Shown in pieces: positions 47,693 through 58,212 of a stretch of 64,000 bases of DNA. How positions within the stretch are numbered: the first letter of the stretch is position 1; every line of letters begins with the position of its first letter. Source of the DNA: a virus (taxonomy: Duplodnaviria; Caudoviricetes); the IMG/VR virus record IMGVR_UViG_3300034095_001474, positions 160,001 to 224,000 of that record. One strand, 5' to 3'. Made by a program: the position numbers and the translations under genes. A model generated the notes under the pieces. That model worked only from the letters and a program-made list of their open reading frames with translations, did no database searches and was not told the DNA's origin.

Positions 47693-48079
47693 TTATAATT
47701 TTACTACTACTATATCTGATGTTGAAAAAACATCATCGGTTATTGTGTAACTAATAGTTACAACAGCTGCATACTCACTTTCTTGTGATGCAGCAATTAT
47801 TATTTCATTTAATTTTAAATTAGGTAGAAATTTTTTAACTACAGTTCTAATCTCATCTTTTATACCCTCTTCAGTCAATGCATCGTTTGGTTCAAAAATA
47901 AAACGCATTAAATCTGTACCAAAATCTGGGTTATATAATCTTTGACCCCTTCTAGTTAAGATTAAATGTAAAAGGTCAGCTTTTATAGCTTGACTATCAT
48001 TTTCTGTTAAATCTAAGAAAAAACCTTTTTTACTATCTTTAAAGGGGTAGTTTATATTTATATAGCGACCATTAGCCAT
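47693..48079 (-). CDS. Baseplate wedge subunit (gp25/gpW-like)
   Basis: IKADLLHLILTRRGQRLYNPDFGTDL..FIFEP. Confidence 0.9.
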   Translation of the reverse strand: MANGRYININYPFKDSKKGFFLDLTENDSQAIKADLLHLILTRRGQRLYNPDFGTDLMRFIFEPNDALTEEGIKDEIRTVVKKFLPNLKLNEIIIAASQESEYAAVVTISYTITDDVFSTSDIVVVKL

Positions 48080-48192
48080 TGTTTTCTATTTTAGTTTTGA
48101 ATATAAAATCTTTATACTCTTTATTTTTATTCAATATTTCTTTATTAGATAAATATAATACTAAAAGATTTTTATAAGTAAATATGGGAAAT

Positions 48193-48222
48193 AAAAAAAG
48201 GGACCATATAGGACCCTCTTTT
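48193..48222 (-). terminator. Imperfect intrinsic terminator after nrdA
   Basis: GGG..CC/GG..CCC stem with a U7 tail on the minus strand. Confidence 0.55.
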
Positions 48223-48240
48223 ATTAAATTTTAATTTATT

Positions 48241-50397
48241 TTAAGCTGAACAACCAAAACACTCGAATTGACTATCTTTTGGTTTCTCAACATTTTGTGT
48301 AATTTGACTAGAAGCTAATTTTGAATTTGCCTCTAATTTTGATTTAGTCCTAGTGTAATAAACACCAGTTTTTAAACCACCTTTCCACGCATACATAAGA
48401 GCACTTGCAATCTTACCATACTTAGCATCAGAATGATACAAGTTCAAAGATTGTGATTGGTCAACAAATTTGTTTCTGATAATAGCTAAATCCAACAATA
48501 CTCTTTGAGAAATTTCCCAAACATCTTTATATCTGTATCTAATATCTTCTGGTATTTCAACTATATTTTGAACACTTCCTTTATTTTTGATAATTTTATC
48601 AACCATATTTGAATCCCATAATTTTTCATCAATTAATTCGTTTACCAAATATTTGTTAATTACTAAAAATTCACCTTGTCCTACACGTCTAGTAAATAGA
48701 TTTGATGTAGCTGGTTCAAATGATTCAAATACACTCAATAAGATTGCAGAAGATGCTGTTGGCATAAAACCTAAACCTAAACTGTTAAGCATTGGAATTG
48801 GAACACCTTCTGGCAACGGTGACCAACCTTCAATATACGTTTCACCTTTTGAATATGGACTATCTTCCCATGATGGATAATTTTCACCTTTTTCAATAGC
48901 TAATCTCATTGACTCAACAACAAATGATTTATACATTGTTTCAGTAATGTCTTTGTTCCATTGTTTAGCTTCTTCACTTTCATAAGAAATTTTTCTTTTA
49001 GCAAAGAAATCAGCCATACCAGCAACACCAATAGCCAACGCTCTTTGGTCTTGACCAGCAGCTTCACTCCAATCATCAGACCATTTGTTTTTATCAATAA
49101 CTTTGTTCAATGCTTTAACCAAAATTCTAGTTGTTTTAGAAATTGATTCCAATGAAGTTTGTTCAGCTAAGTTAATTGATGCTAACGTACATTGTGGTGT
49201 ATATTTTGGTCTTGAAGCTTGAAATATCTCAATACATAAATTAGATTGTTTGATAATACCAATGTTTCTTTGCATATTGCGTTTGTTTGCATTATCTTTG
49301 AACATAACATAAGGTTTACCACTTTCAACTTGTGATTTGATAAGTGAATCAAAGATATCTTTAGGATTAACTTTTTTACCCAAACCTAATTCAACAGCTT
49401 TATAATATTCAGCTTCAAACGCTTCTCCATGTAATTCATAAAGTGGTGTTAAACCAGCTTTTTTAATATCATTTGGACAGAATAGATACCAATCCTCATC
49501 ATTTTGTAATTTTTCCATGAATAAATCATTGATAACTACAGCAGTGAATAAATCTCTAGTTCTTAATTGCTCATCACCAATAGGTAATGTTAAATCTAAG
49601 AAATCAAAGATATCTCTGTGCCATACTGATAAATACAATGCACAACTTCCAGAACGAGAACCTTGTTTATAAAATCTCATTTTAGCTTGAACCATATCAG
49701 CTAATCTTACAACACCACCAGCATTACCTTTAAACGATTCAACGATACTATCTTTGCTTCTAAGAGGGTCAATTAATAATCCGATACCAGAACCTTCTTT
49801 TGATGCAGAAGCTATCTTAGTGAGTGTATTTTCGATACCTTCAAATGAATCATCTTCCAAATGTGTTAAGTTGCATGAAATCATACCATTTCTTTCTGGT
49901 ACACCAGCATTTGTGTAAGTTGGTGTGGCAAAGTTTCCTTTTTTAGTAGTAATTTCATCCATTAATTCTACATAGTCTTCTTCATTGTCATTATGTAAAT
50001 AACCAGCAACACGTTTATACATACAAGATGGTAATTCAGTTGGTGTTTTCTTTTCATCTTTCAATGAATACTTTGAAAGAAAAGTTGTTGCAGCAAAAAA
50101 GTCATAAGTTAAATCAACTGGTTGTAATTCTTTACCAATTAATTTAGATTGTCTAGATAACAAAATTCGACCACCCAATAAAGAGTAGTCAGAATGTTGT
50201 ATAATTTTATCGGCAGCTTTGAAAGCTATAATCTCATCAATCTCAGTTGTTGTGATATTATCATTTATCAAAGGAATTACCTCTTGGAATAAAATATCAG
50301 AATCAACTTTCAAACCTTTTGATTGTGTTTTGATTCTAGCTAAAATTTTATTCGGTGTAAACGCTTGCGTTGTTTTATCTCTTTTTAATATTCTCAT
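48241..50397 (-). CDS. nrdA: Ribonucleotide reductase class Ia, alpha subunit
   Basis: N-terminal ATP cone, ATPTYTNAG, SCNL, SNLCIEI, MPTASSA, KTGVYYTR, C-terminal CFGCSA. Confidence 0.97.
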   Translation of the reverse strand: MRILKRDKTTQAFTPNKILARIKTQSKGLKVDSDILFQEVIPLINDNITTTEIDEIIAFKAADKIIQHSDYSLLGGRILLSRQSKLIGKELQPVDLTYDFFAATTFLSKYSLKDEKKTPTELPSCMYKRVAGYLHNDNEEDYVELMDEITTKKGNFATPTYTNAGVPERNGMISCNLTHLEDDSFEGIENTLTKIASASKEGSGIGLLIDPLRSKDSIVESFKGNAGGVVRLADMVQAKMRFYKQGSRSGSCALYLSVWHRDIFDFLDLTLPIGDEQLRTRDLFTAVVINDLFMEKLQNDEDWYLFCPNDIKKAGLTPLYELHGEAFEAEYYKAVELGLGKKVNPKDIFDSLIKSQVESGKPYVMFKDNANKRNMQRNIGIIKQSNLCIEIFQASRPKYTPQCTLASINLAEQTSLESISKTTRILVKALNKVIDKNKWSDDWSEAAGQDQRALAIGVAGMADFFAKRKISYESEEAKQWNKDITETMYKSFVVESMRLAIEKGENYPSWEDSPYSKGETYIEGWSPLPEGVPIPMLNSLGLGFMPTASSAILLSVFESFEPATSNLFTRRVGQGEFLVINKYLVNELIDEKLWDSNMVDKIIKNKGSVQNIVEIPEDIRYRYKDVWEISQRVLLDLAIIRNKFVDQSQSLNLYHSDAKYGKIASALMYAWKGGLKTGVYYTRTKSKLEANSKLASSQITQNVEKPKDSQFECFGCSA

Positions 50398-50409
50398 GGT
50401 AATTTTATT

Positions 50410-51363
50410 TTAAAAATCTTCGTTAAACATTCCATCTATAGTTGTTGGTATCTCAACTCTAGTATATTCACCTTCTCTTTTTTCAAAAAAGTTATTTTTA
50501 GATGATAAACCAATTCTAGACATATATTCTAATGGGTTTCTTACTTTGAACTCAGTTTGACAACCAAAATCATTCAAAACAATATCAGTTACATATTGAA
50601 CATATTTAACCATGTCTTGTTTTGTAAGTCCTTGTAATCCATCTGGCATACTTTCATCAACAAATGTTTTTTCAGCTTCGTAACAACTTAAAATTATATG
50701 TCTAAGTTCATCTTTTGATAACTTATATTCATCTCTTAAATAGTTTTTATACAAGTTTAGAGCAAATTCATAATGGAAAGTTTCATCACGTAAAATTAAT
50801 TCATTCATAGCACCTAATCCTGGCATTTTATTTCTACTTCTATACCAAAATACACCAGAGAAAACACTAGCAAAAGATATTCCTTCTACACAAGCAAAAG
50901 CAACAAGTCTATGAGCAAATGAAGTATGTCCAATCCAATTTTCAGCCCATGCTGCTTTTTTAGCAACTGCTGGGTTTGTTTCCATTGAATTGAATAGTTC
51001 TTCTCTTTCAGTTAAATTCTTTATGTATGTTTCAATCAATAAAGAATATCCGTTAGCGTGAACTTGTTCAATAAATGCTTGGTGACCATAAAAATATTGT
51101 GCTTCTAAAATCTCAACTTCATTTAAAAAATTGGTAGCCAAATTATCAATTACTAACCCATCAGAAATTGCGAAAAAAGCCAAGATATTTTTTAGATATA
51201 TCTTTTCTTCTTCTTTTAATTCATCAAATCTATCTTTTGATAAATCTGGTTCTTCAGCAACCCATGTTTGTGCTTCAGCTTTTTTATACATCTCCCATAA
51301 ATCATTATGAATTATTGGGAAAATAGAATACCTTTTTTTTAATGTCTTGTCTTTTAAATACAT
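50410..51363 (-). CDS. nrdB: Ribonucleotide reductase class Ia, beta subunit
   Basis: FFAISDG, EQVHANGY, VEGISF, RDETFH, NFFE. Confidence 0.97.
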   Translation of the reverse strand: MYLKDKTLKKRYSIFPIIHNDLWEMYKKAEAQTWVAEEPDLSKDRFDELKEEEKIYLKNILAFFAISDGLVIDNLATNFLNEVEILEAQYFYGHQAFIEQVHANGYSLLIETYIKNLTEREELFNSMETNPAVAKKAAWAENWIGHTSFAHRLVAFACVEGISFASVFSGVFWYRSRNKMPGLGAMNELILRDETFHYEFALNLYKNYLRDEYKLSKDELRHIILSCYEAEKTFVDESMPDGLQGLTKQDMVKYVQYVTDIVLNDFGCQTEFKVRNPLEYMSRIGLSSKNNFFEKREGEYTRVEIPTTIDGMFNEDF

Positions 51364-51390
51364 ACTTTTATTTTCTTTTGTTTTTAATTA

Positions 51391-52812
51391 TTATTCTTCC
51401 ATATTTGGCGTTGTCAATGCATTCAATACAGCATTTCTTTGTTTAGCCGCATCTAACACTGAATTTACTCTTTGTTGTTCGTTGACACCTTTGACTTGTT
51501 TATGTTCACTATGGGTTCTTGCACCAGTACTTTGACCCATATCAATTTGAATTGTAGCGTTGTCAAATTTTATATCTTCGAAGATAAGACCAGATTTACC
51601 AAAACGAGATTTAAGTATAGCCATTGTTGCTGTTCCAGCCTCTTTTTGGTCAAGTGTTTTTGCAATTGATACAACAAAGTGAGCAATTTGTGCTTTCTTT
51701 ATTGAACCACCCATTTGGTCAGCCTCAACAACATCAGCTTTAATTGAACTTCTATTTCCTTGAATTGCAGTCCAACCAGCAATATCTAATTCAGATAACA
51801 TAGTTTCAAATTGTCTCATCACACTACCTTCACCAGCATTTACATCATCAAATTTCCTAGATGGTTCAACACAGTCAATATAATCTAATATTAATATATC
51901 TGGTCTCCAACCTTGAGCTATCAACTTTCTTATATATTGTCTAATAATTGGAATTGTAGTTCCATCACTTGAAAACTTTTTAAGTCTTAATTGACCTTTA
52001 CCAGCTTCCATTTCTTTCGACATTTTAATCAAATCATCTTTATGTAAAGATAAACTATTCAAATCATATCCCGACCAACATGATAAATGTTTTCTCTGAA
52101 TAACTTTGGGGTTATCTTCGAAAAATACTTGTAAAACTTTATAACCATCACTCATTGCTGTGTTGGCTATCTTTGTCATCATAGTTGTCTTACCAACACC
52201 AAAGGGTGCTAATATTGTAGCCAACTCTGTTTTGGATAGTCCACCATCCATTACATCATCTAACCCTTTTATTCCAGTTCTAATAGGTTTTCTGAAGTCT
52301 TCATCTAACACAGCTTCGATATTATCAAAAACATTCATACCATCATCTTTATTATCACCATGTTCCAATGCTTTTCTAAGAATAGATTCACATTGCTCAT
52401 AATCATCGATGTTTCCTTTATTGATAATCTTTGTAATCTCGTTAACTGATTTTCGTAATTCTTGTTGCTTACAAAATCTCATAGCTATATCTTGAACTTT
52501 ATCTGTATCGTTCAAGTCAGCTTCTTGTATTTTACGAAGCTGACTGATGGCATACTTTCTTTGTATGTCATCAGTTACATCTTCTAATAATCTAAATTCT
52601 AGACTTCCAACATCTGGGATGATATCATCTTTAACTTTAGCATCTTTTATTGTAGCGGCAACAACTCTTAGATAAGGGTCCTCAAAATAATTTGGGTCTA
52701 CAATATCAATTATTGAGTTGGCAAAATTTCTATCTGTTAGAATTTGTGCTATTAATCGTAATTGATAATCGTACCCTAGGTACCCAAAACTATTTTTGTC
52801 TATTTTTGCCAT
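51391..52812 (-). CDS. dnaB: Replicative DnaB/gp41-like helicase
   Basis: Walker A APFGVGKTT, LILDYID, AIQGNR, ILKSRFG. Confidence 0.92.
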   Translation of the reverse strand: MAKIDKNSFGYLGYDYQLRLIAQILTDRNFANSIIDIVDPNYFEDPYLRVVAATIKDAKVKDDIIPDVGSLEFRLLEDVTDDIQRKYAISQLRKIQEADLNDTDKVQDIAMRFCKQQELRKSVNEITKIINKGNIDDYEQCESILRKALEHGDNKDDGMNVFDNIEAVLDEDFRKPIRTGIKGLDDVMDGGLSKTELATILAPFGVGKTTMMTKIANTAMSDGYKVLQVFFEDNPKVIQRKHLSCWSGYDLNSLSLHKDDLIKMSKEMEAGKGQLRLKKFSSDGTTIPIIRQYIRKLIAQGWRPDILILDYIDCVEPSRKFDDVNAGEGSVMRQFETMLSELDIAGWTAIQGNRSSIKADVVEADQMGGSIKKAQIAHFVVSIAKTLDQKEAGTATMAILKSRFGKSGLIFEDIKFDNATIQIDMGQSTGARTHSEHKQVKGVNEQQRVNSVLDAAKQRNAVLNALTTPNMEE

Positions 52813-52839
52813 TTTTTTAATTTAGAAACGTTGTTATAA

Positions 52840-52870
52840 TAAATATAATAATGGTTGCATTAAGCACCAA
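52840..52870 (-). promoter_or_regulatory. Variant sigmaA-type promoter for the helicase-nrdBA block
   Basis: TTG 52870-52868, N20, TATATTTA 52847-52840, the same form as the sigma-gene promoter. Confidence 0.6.
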
Positions 52871-53363
52871 TTATTGTGTAATTTTTTTGACTCAATGAAT
52901 ATCTGATTTCAGACATGATTGACGGAATAATTTCCCTAACATCCACAGCGTAACGTACTTTTGGTGGGAAATAGTTGCCACAAAATTGGCTTTTTGCAAC
53001 ACTAACTTTATCAATTTTAATTTCAAATTGAAAGTTATCAATTTTATCAAAAATAGATTTTCCAGCTTCTTCATCTTCTTTTTGAACGAAGTATGGATTG
53101 TAGTTATCCCACAAATACTCTTTTGATTTTTTTTGTAAATATTTAGGTATAATACCTAAAGAACCATACTGGCCGTTATTCATACCAGCAATATTATCCA
53201 TAAGCTCTTTAAGCTCAATTGATTTTACTGATTCTTCGTTAAATTCACGAATGTTGAAATATCTCTGACAGATAATGTGGTCATTAATGTAAAGGACAAA
53301 TTCAAATCTTTGTTCTTCAATTTTTTTCGCTGGATAAGCAGTTTTTTCTGTTTCTGTACTCAT
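52860..53363 (-). CDS. Hypothetical protein in the replication cluster
   Basis: 167-aa ORF. Confidence 0.8.
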   Translation of the reverse strand: MSTETEKTAYPAKKIEEQRFEFVLYINDHIICQRYFNIREFNEESVKSIELKELMDNIAGMNNGQYGSLGIIPKYLQKKSKEYLWDNYNPYFVQKEDEEAGKSIFDKIDNFQFEIKIDKVSVAKSQFCGNYFPPKVRYAVDVREIIPSIMSEIRYSLSQKNYTIIGA

Positions 53364-53381
53364 TTTTTTAGTTTTTAAATG

Positions 53382-54440
53382 TTAAAAAATTAATTTTTCT
53401 CTTTCTATAAGTTTTTTGAAGGGAATTAAATATTCTGGATATCTAAATTCACCTATCGATTTATCTAACCCATCTCTTTCCATATACATAAGAACATTCT
53501 TTAGGTCTCGCCCCGATGAGTCTAGGGTGCCATCAATCAAATCTTCTAACTCTCTAATTCCATCTTCCGTTAACATTGGTCGTTTAAGGTTTACTAGTAG
53601 TTCATTTATTTCATAAATTCTAGTTCCTTGAACACCATCTGTTACTGAATTGATAATGTTGTCTAACACCTTTAGAGGTTTTTTCTTACTACTTAATCTG
53701 GTTTCTTGTTGCTTTTTAGCATCATCTATTATCTCGTTTAAAGTTAATTTTCTTTCTCTTAAATTTGGGAAAAGATTTGTTAACGTCTTTTCTTTCAATC
53801 CTTTGATTCCTTTGATTGAATCTGAATCATCACCAATGATTGTTTTAACCAATGCAGCGTTTTCGTAACTATAGCAAAAGTACGATAAAAAGTTTGATTT
53901 GTCAACATAATTCTTGATTGATTTATCACAAAAGTATATTCTTACGTCATCATCAATCAATTGAGCCATATCTCTATCGTTTGTACAAATAGTTATTTTC
54001 TCATTTTCCTTTTTAGTTAAACAGTAATAACCAATGAAATCATCACCTTCGATAATTTCATGTCTTAGTTGTCTAATATACATTTCATTTAAGTATTCCC
54101 AAACTAGCTCACGCTGAAATAATTCTGATTCATCAATTGGTTGGGTACCATTTATAAAATCTTTACCTCTACCACTTTTATATGGTTCATAGATTTCATA
54201 CCTCATTTTACCACTAAAGTTACCATCCCAAAAAACATATACTTTATGGTATAATTCTTCAGTTAGTAACATTCTTAGTGTTGTAAGGAATTGATAAATG
54301 CCACCGATATGGTGACCATTTTGATTATATTGGTTTTTAGCACCGAAAAAGCCCGTTTTAAATAGGGCATTTCCGTCTACCAATAATGTATTTTGTATTC
54401 TTTCTACTGTTTCACCGCTTCTTGGTGGTCTTTTGTTCAT
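53382..54440 (-). CDS. 5'-3' exonuclease / flap nuclease (Pol I N-domain, T4 RNase H-like)
   Basis: LLVDGNAL, VFWDG, EGDDFIG, TNDRDMAQL, IIGDDSDSIKGIKGL. Confidence 0.92.
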   Translation of the reverse strand: MNKRPPRSGETVERIQNTLLVDGNALFKTGFFGAKNQYNQNGHHIGGIYQFLTTLRMLLTEELYHKVYVFWDGNFSGKMRYEIYEPYKSGRGKDFINGTQPIDESELFQRELVWEYLNEMYIRQLRHEIIEGDDFIGYYCLTKKENEKITICTNDRDMAQLIDDDVRIYFCDKSIKNYVDKSNFLSYFCYSYENAALVKTIIGDDSDSIKGIKGLKEKTLTNLFPNLRERKLTLNEIIDDAKKQQETRLSSKKKPLKVLDNIINSVTDGVQGTRIYEINELLVNLKRPMLTEDGIRELEDLIDGTLDSSGRDLKNVLMYMERDGLDKSIGEFRYPEYLIPFKKLIEREKLIF

Positions 54441-54461
54441 ATTAGAACGTTTAAAGGGTTA

Positions 54462-55574
54462 TTACTCTTTTTCGTAAGCATCAGATTTAAAATCTTCTTC
54501 AATGACTTCAAAGTCAGAAAAACTAGTTCCTAGTTTATCATTAATGAAAACATTGTTTGCTTTAACATATGCGTTTTTTTCTTCTGGGTTAATAAAACCA
54601 TGTGGTGTAGAACAAATAGAACCCATTCTTTCAATACCATTCACGTGATTTTTAACACATTCAATATCAGTTCTTACACCGAAATTAAAACTTCTACCAC
54701 CATTTACAGCATCTAATTTTTTAGCTGATGATGTTGACTTACCACCCATGTGGAAAATCATTCTAACACCGTATTTAAACCCTTCACCACCATTGTGCAT
54801 GATTGTTGGTTGTCCCACAGCATTTGGTCTTAACCAAATTTTTTGTACAGCAACGAATGTGTTGATATATGGAGCATTTTCTCTTCTAGAAGCTGGAATT
54901 CTGAAGTTCAATATTGATTCAAATTCTCTTTTTAAAGCACCAGCAGTCCATTGGTTATTGTTTGTATTTGAAACAGCACCTTGGTAACAACCGATAGAAC
55001 CAATAGAATCCCAAAGGAATGTAATGTTATGTGGAAACTCACCTCTTTCTTGTTTATCTAATATTTCATTCATTAAACGTGCAATATCTTCAACAACTGG
55101 AATGTATCTTTGAGGTGTTGTTTTCATTTTAGCATCTTTGTAATCAAAATTTTGATACATAGCTAATAAATCACTACCACCAAAATACATAAAATCATCA
55201 CCATCATAATCTATGATTTCACCAGTTTGCTCATCAACAACTTCTTCAAATTTAAAACCAACTAACTTTGCATGTTCCCAGTTAAAACTTCCTTCGGTAT
55301 CTATGATGATACAGTAATCACCTAATTTTTGTGCTCCAGCTAAAGATTCATAAATACCAGTTGATTTACCAACATCTGAGAACCCTCTGAATTGTGTTGT
55401 ATAACCACGTGGTACACCTGGTAACCCTACTGCATCATGAAAAGCTTTTTTAAATGGAATCCATGTTAATTCTTTTTCTTTTACTGTTTGCTCACCTAAA
55501 CCTAGGCTTTTTTTAAAACTTTTGTTATCAAATGATTTTTTTTCAATCGGTTTTTTTTGTGGTTTTGTAGCCAT
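54462..55574 (-). CDS. recA: RecA/UvsX-like recombinase
   Basis: Walker A GFSDVGKST, IIDTEGS, Walker B FLWDSIGS, VKNH. Confidence 0.85.
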   Translation of the reverse strand: MATKPQKKPIEKKSFDNKSFKKSLGLGEQTVKEKELTWIPFKKAFHDAVGLPGVPRGYTTQFRGFSDVGKSTGIYESLAGAQKLGDYCIIIDTEGSFNWEHAKLVGFKFEEVVDEQTGEIIDYDGDDFMYFGGSDLLAMYQNFDYKDAKMKTTPQRYIPVVEDIARLMNEILDKQERGEFPHNITFLWDSIGSIGCYQGAVSNTNNNQWTAGALKREFESILNFRIPASRRENAPYINTFVAVQKIWLRPNAVGQPTIMHNGGEGFKYGVRMIFHMGGKSTSSAKKLDAVNGGRSFNFGVRTDIECVKNHVNGIERMGSICSTPHGFINPEEKNAYVKANNVFINDKLGTSFSDFEVIEEDFKSDAYEKE

Positions 55575-55609
55575 CTTAAATAGATTTTATTTTTTCGTTA
55601 TTTTAGAAC

Positions 55610-55638
55610 AAAAAAGCACCAATTTCTCAGTGCTTTTT
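55610..55638 (-). terminator. Intrinsic terminator after the SSB gene
   Basis: Minus strand GCACTGA-GAAA-TTGGTGC followed by a U run. Confidence 0.75.
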
Positions 55639-55655
55639 GTTTAGTTTTGATTAGA

Positions 55656-56564
55656 TTAGAATGGTAAATCATCTTCTTCATCTTCTGTAGTAACAGAAGT
55701 TTCAGTATCTTTTGGTTCTACAACAGTCGCAGCTTGTAAATTAGCTTTAACGTTATCAATCCCCATTGTTATTTCTTCTTCTTGTGTAGAACTAGAATCA
55801 GCTTTCAATGCTTCTTTATCAACGAATTTTTTCTCGTCTTTATCCCATACTGGAACACCACCTTTAACGATTATCTCTAGATAATCATAAGTTCTTACTG
55901 AATAAACGTCTTCCCATGTTCTAGCATCGTTTAACCATTTTTCAGCTTGTTCAGCATCTTCAGATAATGGTGTAGCATCTTGTGCAGCGATAGAAGTCAC
56001 AACTGGAATTTTGTTTTGGTTTCTTTGAATAGAAATAGCCAAATCACGACCAGTTGTTACATTTGTAATATCTTTGTTTGTTTTCAAAGCTGTTAACAAA
56101 CCGTGGATTTTATCAAAGATACCTTCTTTTCTGTAATCATGGTTGAATCTCCAGAATTTAACACCCCACTCTTCATTTTCTCTGTCGATAACTTTAACAA
56201 CATACATTTTACGAGCGTTATATTTTTTAGCTAATTCTTTGTCTGATTCTTTACCAGTTGCTAATAACTCTTCACGAGCCTCACAGAAAGGACATGCCTC
56301 TCCTTTTTGGTGTTTCAAACATGCAAATGTTTTCCATTCACCTTCAATTTGAACTTTGTGTCCATGAACCTCAACAAATGGTGAACCATCTTGTGAAGGT
56401 AAGATTCTAATCTCTTTAGTTGCTGAATTAATTCCGTCTTTAATGAACGTATTAAAATAGTTTTTTAAATCATAAACTTTTTCTGATTTTTTTTCGTACT
56501 TAGGAGCGTTGTTCTTCTCGTACTGTGCTAGCATTGCTTCCAATGCACTTTTTTCATTACTCAT
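55656..56564 (-). CDS. T4 gp32-like single-stranded DNA-binding protein
   Basis: IRILP, H...C-x8-CPFC Zn site, VKVIDR, GRDLAI; acidic tail ending DDLPF. Confidence 0.85.
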   Translation of the reverse strand: MSNEKSALEAMLAQYEKNNAPKYEKKSEKVYDLKNYFNTFIKDGINSATKEIRILPSQDGSPFVEVHGHKVQIEGEWKTFACLKHQKGEACPFCEAREELLATGKESDKELAKKYNARKMYVVKVIDRENEEWGVKFWRFNHDYRKEGIFDKIHGLLTALKTNKDITNVTTGRDLAISIQRNQNKIPVVTSIAAQDATPLSEDAEQAEKWLNDARTWEDVYSVRTYDYLEIIVKGGVPVWDKDEKKFVDKEALKADSSSTQEEEITMGIDNVKANLQAATVVEPKDTETSVTTEDEEDDLPF

Positions 56565-56615
56565 CTTTCTTTTTTTTTTTATTTATTGTTATTACTTACA
56601 CATTTTTTCTTACTA

Positions 56616-56721
56616 CAAATATACGATATTTTATGAAAAAGTCAAGCGATTTTTTAAAAAATATTAAAGTATTTTTATAATAACTTTATACAAATCTACG
56701 ACAACTTTTAACATAATGCAA
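56616..56721 (-). promoter_or_regulatory. Two tandem Bacteroidota sigmaA-type promoters for the SSB-recA block
   Basis: TTG(AC) 56645-43, N19, TATATTTG 56623-16; and TTG 56721-19, N20, TAGATTTG 56698-91. Confidence 0.75.
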
Positions 56722-56748
56722 ATAAAAAATAAAAAAAGTTTTAAAAAT

Positions 56749-56777
56749 AAAAAAGCCCCATTTCTGAGGCTTTTTTT
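56749..56777 (-). terminator. Intrinsic terminator
   Basis: Minus strand GCCTCA-GAAA-TGGGGC followed by a U run. Confidence 0.75.
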
Positions 56778-56785
56778 AAAGTATT

Positions 56786-57541
56786 TTAAATATCTTCTTC
56801 ATCAAATTCGTTTTCATCATCTGGTGTAACACCAAAACTTTTTTTGATGTCTGGTTCACTATATGTAGTGTCGATTTCATCTTGGGTTAATGTATACTCA
56901 TCTGGTTTTTCATCTTTATCAATATAATCTCCTTTGTCAGCCCAATAATCTTCTAATCTTTGAGAATAAGGGAATGACCTATCAACTTGTACATTTAATT
57001 TTTCAAATGGAGTTGGATTTCTTTTGACTATTTCTTTTTCTAATTCAGAAATTTTAGCACTAACAGCATCCATACTAGAAATACGTGATTCTAAATCAGT
57101 TAATTTTTGTAAAAGTAATTCAGTGTTTTGTGTTGCTTTATCAGCAGCCATCTTAGCATCCTCTGAACCTTGTACCAAAGAAGTAACATCAATTTCAACA
57201 TCATCAGATGTATCTTCTAATGGTTCCTCTACTGGTTCTTCCATTGGTTCTTCCATTGGTTCTTCCATTGGTTCTTCAGCTGGTACTTCAGCACCATCTA
57301 CTGGTTCTTCATCTGGAGATACTTGTGCATTACCTTCTGGTGCTTCAACACCTAATTCAGCAGCTAAATCATCAGTAGCAGCGTCATCACCTTCTTCTTC
57401 TTCTAATTGACCTTCATTACCTAATAAAACATCTTTATCGTTATAAGGGTCATTTGCTAAAAATTTATATTCAGAAATCAACTTAAATTTTTTAAGTTCT
57501 TCTTTTAATAATTCTGGGTTTAATGTTACTTTCTTTCTCAT
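56786..57541 (-). CDS. Acidic hypothetical protein, scaffold-like
   Basis: LLKEE...LISE N-terminus; EEPM x2/EEPV 12-nt repeats; coiled coil. Confidence 0.75.
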   Translation of the reverse strand: MRKKVTLNPELLKEELKKFKLISEYKFLANDPYNDKDVLLGNEGQLEEEEGDDAATDDLAAELGVEAPEGNAQVSPDEEPVDGAEVPAEEPMEEPMEEPMEEPVEEPLEDTSDDVEIDVTSLVQGSEDAKMAADKATQNTELLLQKLTDLESRISSMDAVSAKISELEKEIVKRNPTPFEKLNVQVDRSFPYSQRLEDYWADKGDYIDKDEKPDEYTLTQDEIDTTYSEPDIKKSFGVTPDDENEFDEEDI

Positions 57542-57547
57542 TTATTA

Positions 57548-57757
57548 TTAGAATAATAATTGTCTACCATCTTCGGTAATTATTTTTTTGTTGATTCTTT
57601 CAATAAGGCTTTTATCACCTTTAATAACACAAACACCAGAAGTACAATCCATATTTGGGTCTTGATTTTCAGTGTTTAAATATCCATCCAATGCTTTATC
57701 TAAACCTTTTTGATTAGATGGTGTTGGATTTGAGTTGTTGGTTTTATTATTTTCCAT
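57548..57757 (-). CDS. Hypothetical protein
   Basis: 69 aa; upstream GATATTTATA. Confidence 0.7.
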   Translation of the reverse strand: MENNKTNNSNPTPSNQKGLDKALDGYLNTENQDPNMDCTSGVCVIKGDKSLIERINKKIITEDGRQLLF

Positions 57758-57810
57758 AACATTAGTTTTTTATTTTTGATTTATGTTTATATATAAATAT
57801 CTATATAACA

Positions 57811-58212
57811 CTAAAAAACCCTACTTATATTTAAAATAGTAAGTTCTGAACCGTTTAATAATATAAATTTGTTTTGATATTCAGACCAATCTATTTTTAT
57901 TGATTTATTATCAATATTACCAACTGATTCTGGATAAAGATTTTCTATTAATTTATTCAAAGCATTTATTGTATAAATTGCGTTACCTTTTTTATGTATA
58001 GGAACAGCACTAGGAAATAAATTTTTTAGGTTTAATGGTTTATCTGGTTGAAAACTTATTTTAAATGTCATAATAACTTTTGATTCATCATCTAAATTCT
58101 TATAACAAAATACCTTATTTTTAACAATACCAAACTTTGTTTCTAAATACCCTAGAAACCAATCAACTCTCTCTGGAAATATAAAAGTTGCTAATAGTAT
58201 TGTTTTGTTCAT
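57811..58212 (-). CDS. Hypothetical protein
   Basis: Likely start MNKTILLATF at 58212; the longer TTG start in the track overlaps the upstream gene. Confidence 0.7.
   Translation of the reverse strand: MNKTILLATFIFPERVDWFLGYLETKFGIVKNKVFCYKNLDDESKVIMTFKISFQPDKPLNLKNLFPSAVPIHKKGNAIYTINALNKLIENLYPESVGNIDNKSIKIDWSEYQNKFILLNGSELTILNISRVF

Noticed and set aside
48079-48241. tRNA or structured ncRNA in intergenic gaps (also 690-810, 37284-37374, 56564-56786)
   Set aside because: Gaps are short, very AT-rich and explained by promoters and terminators; no cloverleaf or T-loop motif noticed. A tRNAscan/Infernal run would confirm.
48241-52812. Inteins or introns in nrdA, nrdB or dnaB
   Set aside because: Lengths are normal, motifs are contiguous, and no splice-junction or homing-endonuclease motifs were seen
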